Shown here piece by piece: positions 63,336 through 64,000 of a DNA stretch of 64,000 nucleotides (its first letter is position 1; each line of letters begins with the position of its first letter). Source of the DNA: Bacteroidales bacterium (GTDB lineage: Bacteria; Bacteroidota; Bacteroidia; Bacteroidales; UBA932); the NCBI GenBank assembly GCA_017620335.1, contig JAFZQO010000043.1, positions 13,653 to 77,652 on the forward strand, in the 5' to 3' direction. The notes below the pieces were generated by a model, which made no database searches, was not told the origin of the DNA, and saw nothing but the letters and a program-made list of their open reading frames with translations. A program made the translations under genes and the position numbers.

Positions 63336-63761
63336 ATGAAAAAGAAAGCATTGTCATTCCTGGCCATATCTGCTTTGGCTGCCATTGTTTGTTCGTGCAC
63401 GGAGAAGTATTATACGCTGGATACGAAGGTGGAGATAGTCAACCATTCTTCCAGTCAGGTGGCCGGGTCACTCAATATGGGGACGAACCCTTTCGAGCTG
63501 GATCCGGGGGAGTCGTTCACCTTGTCTGTCAAGTCCCAGTCTAAGGAGAAGTCTCCGGATGCTTCCTCCGTCTCGGTCATGGGCCCGAGGGAACTTATGG
63601 TGGACGGTAAACGTTATACGCTCAAGCCTAGCGTTAATGCTAAGGATTTCATCGACCTTATCGGCTGGAAGGTAACCACCAAGGCCGAAGGATTCGTTTG
63701 TGAGTTCGAGTTTACGGACGAAAGCTTGGCGCGGATGCTTACTATGGCGGATCCGCTTTGA
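63336..63761 (+). CDS. Small lipoprotein, unknown function
   Basis: ATG at 63336 gives MKKKALSFLAISALAAIVCSC (lipobox). 141 aa. ~50% GC. Confidence 0.55.
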   Translation: MKKKALSFLAISALAAIVCSCTEKYYTLDTKVEIVNHSSSQVAGSLNMGTNPFELDPGESFTLSVKSQSKEKSPDASSVSVMGPRELMVDGKRYTLKPSVNAKDFIDLIGWKVTTKAEGFVCEFEFTDESLARMLTMADPL

Positions 63762-63827
63762 CGGTCTTGACAGATAGGCTTTCCCTTTCTGGCGTAGTTA
63801 TATACATGAGAACCGATAGACTAATTG

Positions 63828-64000
63828 ATGAAATCTTTGAAATCTTATTTAGTGGCTGTGGCCTCAATACTCCTTTTGGCCTGTGCGTGCATGAAGGAAG
63901 AGGGCGGTATAGGGTATCTGGAGTATAAGAATGAAACCGGCATGGCCTGTACTGTCAGGATTTATGGCGGAATCGGCAAGCCCGAACTGTTCAGGCTGGA
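63828..64000 (+). CDS. Lipoprotein, N-terminal part (3' end outside the window)
   Basis: ATG at 63828, open to the window end. MKSLKSYLVAVASILLLACAC (lipobox), then LEYKNETG...TVRIYGG. Not in the ORF track because it is truncated. Confidence 0.45.
   Translation, partial: MKSLKSYLVAVASILLLACACMKEEGGIGYLEYKNETGMACTVRIYGGIGKPELFRL

Overview
This is a high-GC (roughly 60%) chromosome segment that looks Bacteroidota/Bacteroidales-like. The signs are a SusC/SusD pair, BACON domains, many lipoprotein signal peptides, TAnnTTTG -7 promoter boxes and no Shine-Dalgarno sites. All family calls come from motif recognition by eye; no database search was run.

Gene content by region:
- 1-10.2 kb: a Sus-like alpha-glucan operon. 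It holds a SusE/F-like gene, a SusG-like GH13, a GH53-like gene, another GH13, a SusA-like GH13 and a SusB-like GH97.
- 10.4-22.4 kb: a sugar kinase plus alkaline phosphatase pair, an esterase, a second SusC/SusD pair, and a C69 dipeptidase/AKR/Zn-ADH operon.
- 22.5-38 kb: pheS, tRNA-Gly, a BACON-LRR-M64-like lipoprotein and a GH5-containing minus-strand gene string led by two tandem paralogous membrane proteins. After these come an ALDH/SDR pair and two esterase-fold paralogs flanking a DUF554 gene.
- 38-47 kb: housekeeping genes (rlmH, a giant sensor kinase, xseA, engB, prs, der).
- 47.2-59.1 kb: xseB leads a tightly packed glycogen cluster (glgB, debranching enzyme, GT4, GH57 and a GT3 synthase fused to a GT35 phosphorylase), ending in ribF.
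- 59.2-64 kb: greA, a HIT protein, a TlpA-like protein, a transposase locus and small envelope proteins.

Most notable observations:
1. A 132-nt, near-perfectly palindromic, multi-hairpin element sits in frame inside ribF.
2. A low-GC REPtron-like locus has an HUH/Y1 transposase homolog bracketed by 50-bp-periodic hairpin repeats that show compensatory stem changes.
3. Glycogen synthase and glucan phosphorylase are fused into one 1411-aa ORF.
4. One esterase paralog has lost both its catalytic Ser and His.
5. Two translationally coupled paralogous membrane proteins of unknown family differ in GC content.
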